NCBI RefSeq assembly: GCF_037042905.1
Contig: NC_087252.1
Location: 20,214,001 to 20,278,000, forward strand
DNA from: Lytechinus pictus
Taxonomy: Eukaryota
Direction of reading: 5' to 3'
DNA: 64,000 nt
The notes beneath the pieces were generated by a model. The model did not search any database. It was not told the origin of the DNA and saw only the letters and a program-made list of their open reading frames with translations. This document shows, in pieces, positions 1 through 12,063 of the stretch. The translations under genes and the position numbers were made by a program. Numbering within the stretch: the first letter of the stretch is position 1; the number at the start of each line of letters is the position of its first letter.

Positions 1-770
1 ATCTATCTTTCTTAAATTTAGAATAAAAGATTTTGTGAACACTGAATTTTCTTGAAGTCAACCAAATAATGAAACAACAGGTATTGTACCACTTGCGTAA
101 ACTATACCACACTATCGGTTGCATATTTATAATCAATTGAATGCCAATTCGTCCAAATGCCAACTCGTCTGCTTTCATTTGGTCTACCATCAGTTCACCC
201 AATATCCACATGGTCTATTCGCCATTTCTTCCACTCCCCAGTTCGTCTAATAACCAGTTGGTCCAATACACATTTAGTCCTTAAACCATGTGGTCTAATT
301 AGACTATGTGTTTATTGGGCGAAATGAATGAAAATAAAACGAATATTAGACCAAGTGGCTATGAGACGAGGTAATGATTGAACCAAATGGTTGTTAGACA
401 AAATGTTGATGGACAGAATGGCATTAGACTAAATGAAGGTCGACCATGTGGTGAGTGGACGAATTGGCAATTTACCGTGATTACTGACCACTTTAATTCA
501 TGTCGCTCCCAACTTGCTATGGTGTATATACTGTTGAGATTATTGAAATTATTTTTATTTCTGCCATTTTTATATAATTTCTTATCTGGCTTATTCCACC
601 TCATTCACACTCTCCCTCTGTACAGTTTATTACTATGTTGATTGAATTTGTTTACTATGTTCTGTAGAAATGCTGTTTTTATTTGTTTACTATATTGTAC
701 ATACAATCCTTTGTTTGGGTAAATATCTACATGTTATTTCTCAAGCATTATCCTGTCCATGCTTACTCAT
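1..770. repeat. Third, partial copy of the segmentally duplicated block
   Basis: 1-~770 aligns almost base for base with 9444-~10235 and with 19334-20022 plus 22321-~22425. Confidence 0.9.
142..469. mobile_element. Foldback-type MITE with mirrored ~20-bp subterminal repeats
   Basis: Perfect 14-bp inverted ends TGCCAATTCGTCCA (142-155) and TGGACGAATTGGCA (456-469). The left arm repeats CCANTTNGTCYAA-like units and the right arm repeats their reverse complements. The centre is palindromic (GGTCTAATTAGACT). Confidence 0.75.
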
Positions 771-1100
771 GGTTAGTTCGATATTCAATGCTTGGGAAGT
801 CAAAGATGTAGAATGAAGGAATCCATCGAAGTGTTGAGGCCAAAAAAAAAACCTCTATAAAATCTACCTAAAATGTAACGGGCATGTACTACTTATCTAG
901 ATAATTTGCCATCGTGAGATACTCAAGCGCGCAAAAAGCAGCGCGCTTTATTTTATTTTCCATATTCGTGAGCGTGTTGTTCTTACGGTTGGTATAATTG
1001 TGTCATCAGCGGTGTACTTTTGCTGTAGCTTCAACATCGCGTGTACGGCAGCATAATCCAGTATTTTCATATCGATGATAATTTGCAACAGGGTATTCGC

Positions 1101-2819
1101 CCCGGGGGGGGGGGGGGGCTTCCATTGGCGAGTGGATACCATGCGCGACCATGGGGTCTCAAAAACGTATTGGCGTGTGAAACCCTACCCTTAACAATTA
1201 TTGGAAACAAAACGATACTCTTGGCAAGTATTCCCTGAAATGAACCCCCAAGCAAGAACAGCGATATTTTATTGTTGTGCCACGGGTCCGTCGCAGAATG
1301 GGCCAGAATGAGTTGAAAGTGCGCCAAAATTATATTCCGTATTAGATTTTTATTTTAACATGTTGATAATGGGTAATTTGGGGCGTAGAATCGACTGAAC
1401 ATAATTTAAAGCCGATATGACGTCACCTTGATACCAAATTTTGATTGGCTATTTAAAACCTAGCTGTGAAAAGACAAATTACGCTAAACAATGTGTAGTA
1501 TATAAACTTTGTGTTATGTGCTACTTTAAGATTGACCAGTGTGAATGTTGGTTTATGCTTCTCACATTCCTAAAAAGTGTGTATGAGATGCCGAAAATAA
1601 TTTTATGGCATCAAAACGATAATTAATTAGATTTATATTAAAAAAAATCTTTAAAATCTGAAACTATCAACCGTGCTGTATCGAGTTGTGTTGACTTGTG
1701 AAAAACACAGAGTATGTAACACCACGAATGTATCACTATGATAAGTGTTTTTGGCTGAAATTATTCTCTGGGGGAGTTGTGGATATAGCCCTTTTTTGCG
1801 TTGGCAACCTTTATTTTGTTTACATTATGCTCGGAATTCATGAAATTTTCATGGAATGGAAGGGGAATCGTCCTCGCTGTGCAAAAGCGAACGGCAATGT
1901 ACACCCATACGGTGCGCTACGATGACTGCGCGGTATAAAAATGGGTGTTGTGTCAGGTAAAATCGGCTCTAACATGAAAACGGGCAAAAACGGGCAGCAA
2001 AATTTGGTATCGATTTAAAGCTTAGACATCGGGAAAAATGATGCTTATAGAATTTAGACGGAAATCCACGGAAATCTAAACGTTTCTAATGTAAATTAAA
2101 AAACATGGATTTCAGCCTTTCGATGAATAATCATCCTATTAACCACCTGAAATGTGTCTTTTATCTACTTTGAACCCTTTCACACTAAAAATTAATATAT
2201 CAGGATTATGTGGGAGCCCTTTCAGATTCCTACATGAAAAACCTCCTGTGAAATGGCCCGTTTTTCAACTAGGTTGTCATATACGCGACATTTCGCAAAA
2301 TGTCACATTTTACGATTTGGGGTAGGTAATTAACAACCTTTATGCAAATTCCAGAATGAAATATTTTGCTGAAGTATTCTTCAAAGTGTTGTCTTTCAGC
2401 TGGGCATGACAAAAATTAAAAATCTGAAATTGCCAAAAAATTTTGGCGCACTTTTGTTTCACCCCGGCCCACTGTGCGTCGGTTTTACAAGGCTTAACAC
2501 ATCATTTGCTTTAGTACGGCCCCACCTCGCTTCCACATCTCGCGCAAATCAGACTCTAAACACGCAGTGTACGTTGGGGCAAATATATGACATTCTTTAT
2601 AACAAAAAACATTTTTTGTATTATCATCCACGCAAATTTGACCCTAATCACGTAACTTTCCTAGCAAAATAGATACCTTTTTTCATTATTTTTGTGTTTT
2701 TGACACCTTTATCACTATACCTACGTGACGTGCCCTATCTTGAAAAAGACATCTTTTTTTATGTGCTTTTTTGGTCGCGCATGGTATCCACTCGTCAATG
2801 TAAGTGCCCCCCTCCCCGG
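1101..2819. mobile_element. Non-autonomous TIR DNA transposon (CCCGGGG... ends) carrying a nested Transib-type element
   Basis: ~50-bp TIRs: CCCGG-G(n)-CTTCCATTGGCGAGTGGATACCATGCGCGACCA versus TGGTCGCGCATGGTATCCACTCGTCAATGTAAGTG-C(n)-CGG. Imperfect ~8-bp TSD (gtattcgc/gtatttgc). The same TIRs occur at 36273-36581. Confidence 0.8.
1294..2476. mobile_element. Non-autonomous Transib-type element with RSS-like termini
   Basis: Perfect GC-rich 5-bp TSD CGTCG (1289-1293 and 2477-2481). Left end CAGAATGGGCCAGAATGAGTTGAAAGTGCGCCAAAA; right end (reverse complement) CACAGTGGGCCGGGGTGAAACAAAAGTGCGCCAAAA. A CAC terminus plus a 5-bp TSD is diagnostic of Transib. Confidence 0.8.
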
Positions 2820-2996
2820 TATTTGCTCACTGAAAGAGCTAATCTAATCTCTAGTCACAATCATTCTCAGAGTGATACTTGCTGGGACCAATCCCTTCGG
2901 AGTGAACTGAACTCCTCGCGGAATGAATTGTGTATATCTTTAGACATTTTCACAGAAATTGGTAAAATTATCTGCCAAAAGATGCATTATGTCACC

Positions 2997-3495
2997 CAGG
3001 GGCGTAGACAACGGGGGGGGGGGGGGGGGGGGCTGAGGGGGATGCATCCCCCCCACCTCACAAGGTGGGGGGATGGCATGTACAATCATCCCCCCAGGTT
3101 TTGGGAATGATATTTGGTTACTTAATAAGTCATAATGATGATAATAATAGTAATAATAATGATAACAATTATAATATTAATAATAATAATAATTATGATG
3201 ATGATAATAATAATCCTCATCATTATTGTAATTGTGTTTATTGTTATTAGCCGCATTCACAAGGTGTAAGCCAATTCAGACGGTGAAAAAGAAAATCGTA
3301 CAAGTATTTTGTGGTTATCTTGTGGTTTGGAAATCACAAGATAACCACATAAGTTTGAAATGTTTAAAGAAGTTTGTTTCATGTAAAGCGCAGTGTGAAT
3401 TTACCCTGTCTTGAAATGCGAGATAAAAGGAACCTATTAGTATTTAATAGCATTATTATTGGTATTAGTATTATTTTTTATTTGTATTATTATTA

Positions 3496-3532
<37 letters not shown>

Positions 3533-4340
3533 TATAAGACTGAGATCAAATAGAAGTAAATAATGCCCTAATTTGAAACGATGCAATGCCGTTATGGTTC
3601 CGATTTCTTCACAAACTTACAAAGCAGTATTGTTACTCCATGGATCATAGTGATACTGTTTATGTTTTTGTATCTGTATGTTAATGAGCCGCCAGCCAAT
3701 AACCATCTATGGATACTATGCCTGTTTCTTTGAGGTAAAAAAAGCATAGTATGTACGTATTCATTATGCTTTATAATGAACAGACATATTGTTATTTGTT
3801 TGTTGTTAATGTGTTCTATTCACAAATGGCCACAGAGGCTGTTTTCATTCATAACCACATACCCATATCAAGACAACAAAGACTATACCTGCGTGTACAC
3901 AGTTGACATTGGTTTTTTTTTGAAGAGGTGTAACAGCAAAATTCACAGAGATAAATAAATACGTAGTGTGGTTCAATATGCAATACTATGTGTCAGTCCA
4001 TTCTGTATTCGTATGCCACGGTGTGTAGATCTTGTCGATGTATGTCTGTCCATTCAAGGCGTAGTATGTGTGTGGTGCGCGCACCCGTGTGTGTGTGTGT
4101 GAGTATTGTGTGTGTGCGTGCGCGCTTGTGTGTGTTATTTTACCTCATTAAATATGCATCAGATTGCACGATTTCAAGTTCAAAATTGCAAAAGCTCCCT
4201 ACCGTGGGACGGGGGACACCCCCCTCCCACACCCTCCCCCCGCTCGGTCGCTTCGCTCCCTCGCTCGGGCGCTTCGCGCCCGAACTAGCCTTGGCAGCCC
4301 AGTCATCCCCCCCATGTGTACGAACCTGTCTACGCCACTG
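2997..4340. mobile_element. hAT-type MITE
   Basis: TIR CAGGGGCGTAGACA / TGTCTACGCCACTG and 8-bp TSD ATGTCACC/ATCTCACC (1 mismatch). Internal (AAT)n and (ATT)n microsatellites and a CGCTCGGTCGCTTCGCTCCCTCGC subterminal motif. Confidence 0.8.
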
Positions 4341-5061
4341 ATCTCACCCCAAGAAGAATACGATTGGGAACTAGTTCTTTGCATAAAAAGTGATTTCACG
4401 CAACCAGTGGAGTTGAATACTTATTTCCGACATGATGTATTATGTAAATATCAGAATTGTTTCGTTTTGTAATGTAATTTGCCAATGATTAAAATCAGAG
4501 TGGTATTCAGTTCAATGGCAGCTTGCAGTGTAAAGAGCGCAATGAAATCAAGCCTTGTTACCGCGTACATGCTCGAAATTGGTTGTACTCGGGGAACAAT
4601 GGTACATGGCTCAACAGCCAATAATAATGAGGGTTCTCATGGTTATCATAATCATAGTAGGGTGTGTAAGCATAATTTTTTTCACCATTATATTCTTAAA
4701 ACACAAATTTATATAGTATTTTTTTGTAGATTTTGAAAATACATGTATAATGTTTGATTGGAGTTTTATAGGAAACATACAGTTTCCTATTATACTACCC
4801 GTAGAAATATTTATACATTAAAAAAAATCTTTATACAGGATAAGCATGTTCAGATAACATATATTCACTGTTTCTCAACGTATTGATTAATTATTGACAT
4901 ATTATTCAATATGTGAGATATGTCTTATCATTTCATGTCACACAATGTGTCACACAATGACATGTACATGTATATTACGAAAATCTCTAGTGGAAAGAGG
5001 TTTCAATATTTGTATGATTGATATGTATTTTTTCGACCTCATCATTGTTTTATGTAACATA

Positions 5062-5302
5062 CACAGCAAAAACTGTGGTGTTAACTGGTGTACATAGAGG
5101 ACCACACCAGTTTTTTTTTACACCGGTGTTGAATGAGTGGTGTTAGTTTTACACCCATAGGTGTTATTACAACACCTTTGGTTGTTACATTTACACTCTC
5201 TGGTGTTATGTTCAATCTCTAGGGTGTAATTTTAACACCTCAGGATGTGGTCCTCTATTAACACCAACTGGTGTCAATTTTAACACCACAGTTTTTACAG
5301 TG
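5062..5302. mobile_element. CACTA/EnSpm-like MITE
   Basis: TIR CACAGCAAAAACTGTGGTGTTAA / TTAACACCACAGTTTTTACAGTG, TA on both flanks, internal GGTGTT repeats. Confidence 0.7.
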
Positions 5303-6093
5303 TATAAACAGAAGGCTACGAAATAGATGTCAACAGATATAGCATGCTATACGTGTGCGACACATTTCGTATAAGGATTATATTTTTAAGTGTTCATGAT
5401 TCATGATGTCGAAACACTGCACGATAAAAAAAATGATAGAGCCCCCATTTCAGTCTTTCGTGTGAAAAAATCCTTTGTTCAGCGTTGTTTCAACAACATT
5501 TGCCTAAAGTCCATGCTGGTTTAAAGTGATTAATAATATGAAATTTTGAATTCAGCGAATTCTTATTACAAGAGTTAATTAAACATACTGCGATCATATC
5601 TCGAAGATATTAGGGGCATCAATGTTGTGACATTGAATGCGACTTTAGATGGAAGACAATGTGTGTTTCGGTTATTCAGTGTCAGTTAAGTCTTTGTTGT
5701 GAATTTACGTAAATAGCTTTGTATGTTTTTCTTTTATGAGGCAAGATGGTAATTTACTCACTTTTAGTATGAACATTTATTTTTAACAGATATTGTACTT
5801 TATTTTTGGACGATCATGTTGATAATACTATTGTACTTAATAGAATACTGCAAAATTTGAATTTGGGTTGTTTTTACTGCGTTTTAAATGGACACACTTT
5901 GAACGTGGGCCTATATATGTATACACATATAAGGAGAGGTTCTGGAAAACGCTATGGTATTGTAAGTTCACCGTCTTGTTGGAATACAGATAATTATATC
6001 ATGCATTTTTTTAATGCTTATAAAAGTGCAGATATATATATATATATTCCTGACGTATTTCTGTCATTTACATACTTCTTAATTGCGCCTAAT

Positions 6094-6401
6094 GGCCCGT
6101 ATTCGGAACTCTCGTATATTGCGAATTCTGGTCTGAGGTTGCACTTAGACTATGGATAGCCACTTGTGTCACAAATCTCTACCACGTCAGGTTCAATTAA
6201 CTAGATCATTTTTCACTCGAGTAATTAATGTCTTAGAATAATGACTAAAATAGTTTTGTTTATCATTAAATCGTGGGGAGGAAGCATAGTAAACACAATA
6301 TACATGTAAATACGATGCAAAGTTTATGCATTTTGGGCTTCCAATAATTAGCACAAAGCTAACCCGTGACCTAAGATAAACTGGACTTTGGAACACGGGC
6401 C
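6094..6401. mobile_element. Probable Harbinger-type MITE (second copy 15981-16287)
   Basis: Inverted ends GGCCCGTATTCGGA and GGAACACGGGCC. The TSD is unclear. Confidence 0.5.
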
Positions 6402-7063
6402 GATGTGTTTGGATTGCATGTGAAGAACTGGTATTTTTGCTCCATATTTTCAGAGCTAATTTTTATGGTGATGCATGTTCCAAGGAGACATTTGATGAAC
6501 TGGTAATCAAGCGATACATATGTTATGATAATGAAATGATCGCAATTCATTCTCTTTTTTATTTGGCCCATGAAAACAGTTGAATTTCCTGTATTAAACA
6601 CACATACAGCTAAATAAAAATGGCGTAAAAAAATGTTTTATCGTCTATGCATGAGGATATTGTAGGGTTTGTGTGCGTGTGCGTGGGTGTTTTTTCGCCA
6701 TGACAAAAACCACATACAAACAAGTATTTCGCAACAGCACCAAATTCCCCGTCGGGAATACCCAGAAACAAAAGGAAAAAAAAAAAAAACAAATGTCGTT
6801 ACACAGTACGATTTATTTATAGTTTATTCCATGGATAGTTTTATTAAAAAAAGAAAAAATCGACAATGATTTGACATGAGAGTAGGCATGAAAAAATGAG
6901 AAAAGGGAGTAAATCATGGTTACCAACATGCATTGAATGATGAGATCGGATTCGCCCGCTGAATTCATCCAGCTGAACAGCATCAGACTTTGGGGTCGTT
7001 TAGAGGGTATTGTTCTCTTTTAAGATGAGCGGGAGCAGACAAGGAACGATTGACAGGAACGTC

Positions 7064-8778
7064 TTAGCTTCCTCTCTTAAAATCATTATGTATATTTTGG
7101 ATGAATTTAAGGTTTTTTCAGGGCTTTGCATTAATCGAAATAAATCTGAAATTGTGGCACTTGGTTATTATAAAGCACATCCTCCAGACATATCCTTTTC
7201 CGGATTAAGATTTTCTAATGGCCCATTTAGATTATTGGGAGTATATTTTTCACCTGACTCAAAAGACATATTTGAATTGAATTTTATTCCAAAGCTTAAT
7301 GAAATAAAGAATATTTTAAGAGTAAGGAAAATGAGAAATTTAACCCCAATAGGAAAGATAACTATTTTGAAGTCACTCGGCCTTTCTCAAATCATATTTC
7401 TATTGTCTGTATTACCAAAACCTCCAGAAGATTTTTTGAAAGAATTAGAACATTTAATGTACTCTTTTATTTGGAATGAAAAACCGGATAAAATCAGTCG
7501 TCTTACAATTATTGGAGACTATAGTCAAGGTGGATTAAAAATGTTACATTTACCTTCTGTAATTTCTGGCTTGAAAATAGCGTGGGTTAAACGTTATATG
7601 TGCACAGAAAATAAAGGAAAATGGAAATGCTTTTTCGCACACAACTTGGTCACCTTTGGAGGAAAATTGTTTTGGACATGTAATTTAAAATACGATGATC
7701 CCAAAATATTACAAATAAAAAATCAATTCATTCGAGAAATTTTAATTACTTGGAGTTGTTTAACATTCTCTCCTAATTTATCTGATTTAAATATAAAGAA
7801 TCAAGTGTTATGGAATAACTCATTGATCAAAGTAGATGGGAAAATTATATATTTATATAATTATAAATTATATATATATTTGGCTTAAAAATGGGATCAT
7901 CAGTATTAAACATTTAATGGATGAACAAAACAATTTTCTTCCACATACAACTTAAAAAAAAAATACAAAATTAATTGTAATTTTCTTGAATATTATTCAT
8001 TGATTTCTGCAATAATCAATGAATGGAAACATTTTAGTCAACATCTTGTTGAGAGTAGAACAACTCAAGAAGATTTGTTGTATAATTTAAATAATGTTTT
8101 TTAAGGCATGCAAGTTTATCCATAGAATTTCTTTTGATAAAATCTTAAAGTCTCCTACTTCGCAATCAAAATGGGCATCCATTTTAAATGAACCGGTTAA
8201 TAATTGGAACAGATTGTATATGATTCCCTTTAAATGCTGTCTTTCAACAAAACTCCGCTACTTTCAATATAAACTTTTCAATCGGATAATGGGAGTGAAC
8301 AAACATCTTTACGATATTGGCTTGTCTGAATCTAATTTATGTACATTTTGTTCTTCCTCTGTTGAAAGTATTTCACATCTGTTTTGGGACTGCCCTGTAA
8401 CTCAACAATTTATTCAAAACTTTCAAACCTCTTATTTGAACAATGACGTGTATTTGAATAAGAATTTATTTTTGTTTGGTTTCCCTGACGCTCAATACTC
8501 TTTTGTAAACCGTTATATTCTTTACGCTAAATATTTTATTTTTTCAACACGTTGTAAGGGCGATCGGTTGTATTTTAGCTCTTTTAAGAACGTATTGAAA
8601 CACTACTGTGAAATTAAAGAAGGTTCTCAGTCAAAAACATCATAATTTTGTTTTATCATTAGATAATAGTACACATGTATAGTTGTTGTAAACATGTTCG
8701 CTTCATGATTTTTGTTTGTAAATTGAATTGCTTTCGTGTTTGATTTTGAATAAAATCTTTCTATGAAAGAAAAAAAAA
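7064..8778 (+). mobile_element. 5'-truncated, frameshifted L1/Tx1-clade LINE (RT C-terminus plus CCHC zinc knuckle)
   Basis: ORF 7010..7888 has SGLCINRNKSE, LTPIGKITILKSL, FIWNEKPDKI and GGLKM motifs. ORF 8094..8645 has LCTFC...ESISHLFWDC. The element ends AATAAA followed by an A-rich tail. Confidence 0.9.
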
Positions 8779-9055
8779 CCGGTTGGTGAAAAACAAAAAA
8801 AAAAGTTTCAGATCTGACGAAAAATGGCAAATCTGTCGCTTGACATGTCCAGGACGAAACGGCTGTTTTGATTCACCAATTTTCGACAACATCTTGATGG
8901 TTACTCTTTGTTATGAAGGGCATTTGACAGTAGATTTTTTAAAAATCTTCTTGGAAGCGTTCTGTTTCTTCTTGTGAAAACTCTTTAATGTTATTTTAGC
9001 AGCACGTCGAGATTAATTATACCGTATTTTTTATTTGTCAGAGCCCTTGATATCA

Positions 9056-9240
9056 TTTCAAGGACTTGTTCCAGCTGGGTACCCCCTGACCTCACCTGAG
9101 TTGAGTTAAGCACAATGTGGGTAAATTCCTTGCCGAAGAAAAACACGCCATTGCTGGGGTTCGACCCCCCCCCCCCCACTCTAATTGAAAACGAGAGTCG
9201 TAACCGCTAAACCACGACATCCACACATACCGTAATACCA
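9056..9240 (-). mobile_element. Tail-less tRNA-derived SINE fragment in a 42-bp target-site duplication
   Basis: The minus strand has A-box GTGGTTTAGCGG and B-box GGTCGAACCC, and the body is homologous to the SINE at 42808-43048. Flanked by 42-bp direct repeats at 9014-9055 and 9241-9282. Confidence 0.75.
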
Positions 9241-9585
9241 TAATTATACCATATTTTTTATTTGTCAGAGCCCTTGATATCACTATTTATAAATATACAT
9301 GTATGTCTAGTTATATATATTTTTATATCATCATTGTAAAACCCTGCACAATTGGCAGAGAAGTAGAATTTCTTCATTTGCACTGGCAACAGACCTGGAT
9401 AAATGGAATTTTCTGCTTTTTTTTTGAAATAAAGAAGACTTTTATCTATCTTTCTTAAATTTAGAACAAAAGATTTTGTGAACTCTGAATTTTCTTGAAG
9501 TCAACCAAATAATAAAAAAAACAGGTATTGTACCACTTGCGTAAACTATACCACACTATCGGTTACATATTTATAATCAATTGAA

Positions 9586-9913
9586 TGCCAATTCGTCCAA
9601 ATGCCAACTCATCTGCTTTCATTTGGTCTACCATCAGTTCATCCAATATCCACATGATCTAATTGCCATTTCTTCCACTCCCCAGTTCGTCTAATAACCA
9701 GTTGGTCCAATACACATTTAGTCCTTAAACCATGTGGTCTAATTAGATTATGTGTTTATTGGGCGAAATGAATGAAAATAAAACGAATATTAGACCAAGT
9801 GGTTATGAGACGAGGTGATGATTGAACCAAATGGTTGTTAGACAAAATGTTGATGGACAGAATGGCATTAGACTAAATGAAGGTCAACCATGTGGTGAGT
9901 GGACGAATTGGCA
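9586..9913. mobile_element. Foldback MITE (duplicate of 142-469)
   Basis: Same 14-bp TIRs and internal repeats as 142-469. Confidence 0.75.
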
Positions 9914-10714
9914 GTTTACCGTGATTACTGACCACTTTAATTCATGTCGCTCCCAACTTGCTATGTTGTATATACTGTTGAGATTATTGAAATGATTTTT
10001 ATTTCTGCCATTTTTATATAATTTCTTATCTGGCTTATTCCACCTCATTCACACTCTCCCTCTGTGCAGTTTATTACTATGTTGATTGAATTTGTTTACT
10101 ATGCTCTGTAGAAATGCTGTTTTTATTTGTTTACTATATTGGACATACAATTCTTTGTTTGGGTAAATATCTACATGTTATTAGACTCCTTACTGGAAAT
10201 AACTTTCTCGAGCATTATCCTGTCCATGCTTACTCTTACTGCCATCATATCTCGAAGATATTAGGGACTTCTATTTTTTTACATTGAATGCGACTTTAGA
10301 TGGAGGACAATGTGTGTTTCGGTTATCCAGTGTCATTTAAGTCTTTATTGTGAATTTACGTAAATAGCTTTGTATGTTTTCCTTTTATGAGGTAAGTTGG
10401 TAATTGAAGCAATTGAATTTCCTGTATTAAACGAAAATACAGCTAATAATGGCGTAAAAAATGTTTTGTCGTCTAAGCATGAGGTTATTGTACGATGTGT
10501 GTTTGTGTACGTGGGAGTTTTTTCGCCATATCATGATAGTGACGTGTGCACACCTATTGACAAAAACCACATACAAACAAGAGTTTAAAACGTAAAATGC
10601 CGGGGTAAAATGAGTAAAGCGAACTGTGTTTTAAATTATCATTTATAATCAACATTTTTACCATTACATGCCTATCATCATTATCATTGTTATTTTATAT
10701 ATATGATTATTGTT

Positions 10715-12063
10715 ATTTCATTTCATTTATTTTATTTCAACACGGTAAACCAACTTCAGCCAATGGCTGTTCTTCTGAACGTCCGTGCGTACATATTAAA
10801 ATCACATTGCATGTATATACAATTAAGATACATAATACGAAATAAATATACAATTAGAATATCATCAATATTACAAAGAAAAACAAACAAACAGAACAAA
10901 CAAGTTTACATCACTCTGGCTTCCAATCTAAATATGTTGAAACTAGTTACATGTACTTTTAAGTCATTAGGTAGTGCGTTCCAGCTTCTGGCCCCCCTGT
11001 ACTGTAGACTTCTTTTCTTATAATTGCTTTTAACTAAGGGTAATTTGATGTTTAGAGACGATGATCTTAGCATGTAATTACAATCACTTAAAATAAATTG
11101 TTTATGAATGCTCTCTGGTAACATACCATGCATTATCCTGTACATTGTTTGTAAGGTGCGTACATTTCTTCTTTCTATCAATCTTTTAATGTCTATCAAG
11201 AACGCTTTCTGTAACATTGAGTAAAGGTGTCATAGTCGAATGTTTGGGTCGAAAACCCGACTGCTGTGTACAAAGTAGAGAGTGCTTATTCAAATTTTCA
11301 TACCACTGAACATGATATTTATACATGACTGAATACAATCTTCTCTATGATTTTAGCGAAAACAGACAATACAGAGATGGGTCTATAGTTTCCCATGTCA
11401 GTTTTGTCACCACCTTTGAACACAGGCGTGACCCGAGAAATCTTCAATTGGGGAGGTATTTCACCAGTTCGTAATGATTAGTGATGTTGGTATGTCATCA
11501 AGTCCCCCCATCTTCTTACAATCAAGATTATTAATTACCTTTTTAATTTCTTCTTCAGTAACTATTTTAAAATCTGAAAGACTTACGTTGTTTGGAAATA
11601 CATTATTCGACTCAAAATCACCGTTTCCAGTATTATCTACAGTTATCTCATTTTGTGTGCATTTTCCTATGCTTGAGAAGTAGTGGTTAAAACCCTCCGA
11701 GATTGATGTTTTGTTTTGAAGTTCTATACCATCATTTTTTATTTCTACAATTTTAGATCCATTTTTTTTTCTGAGGCATAAGATACTTTAAAGATTTCCA
11801 TACATTTGTAGATTGACCATTGCTACTACTAATTGAGGTAGAAATATAATCCTTCTTTGCTTTACGGATCTTTGCTGTGACATTATTTCTCAATCGTCGA
11901 TACGATGCCCAATCATGTTCTGATTTGGTATGCTTTGCTTTATTTTTTATTTCATTACGGTTACGAATAGTTTGAATTATATCTTCATTAATCCACGGTG
12001 ATTCAATCTTCTTTACTCGAGTACGTTTAAGTGGGGTATGCTTATCAATTATACATTTTAATG
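10715..12063 (-). mobile_element. Deleted CR1/L2-clade LINE fragment (duplicate of the 3' part of 22905-25430)
   Basis: Minus-strand remnants NYRPISVLSVFAK, QSGFRPKHST and YRGARSWNALP, with a (GAAAT)n tail. Truncated at 12063, where it joins the satellite. Confidence 0.85.

Larger units (their letters stand above)
6050..12063. repeat. Segmental duplication, copy A (near-identical to 15936-24305)
   Basis: Collinear and nearly identical to 15936-20022 plus 22321-24305. The ORF 8094..8645 translation is identical to 17980..18531. Confidence 0.95.

Noticed and set aside
961..1095. Possible MFS transporter fragment (IRERVVLTVGIIVSSAVYFCCSF, plus strand)
   Set aside because: Too short, followed by a stop, and without supporting splice sites. 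It cannot be supported without a search.
3134..3535. Asn-rich ORF 3065..3250
   Set aside because: It is an (AAT)n microsatellite inside a MITE.
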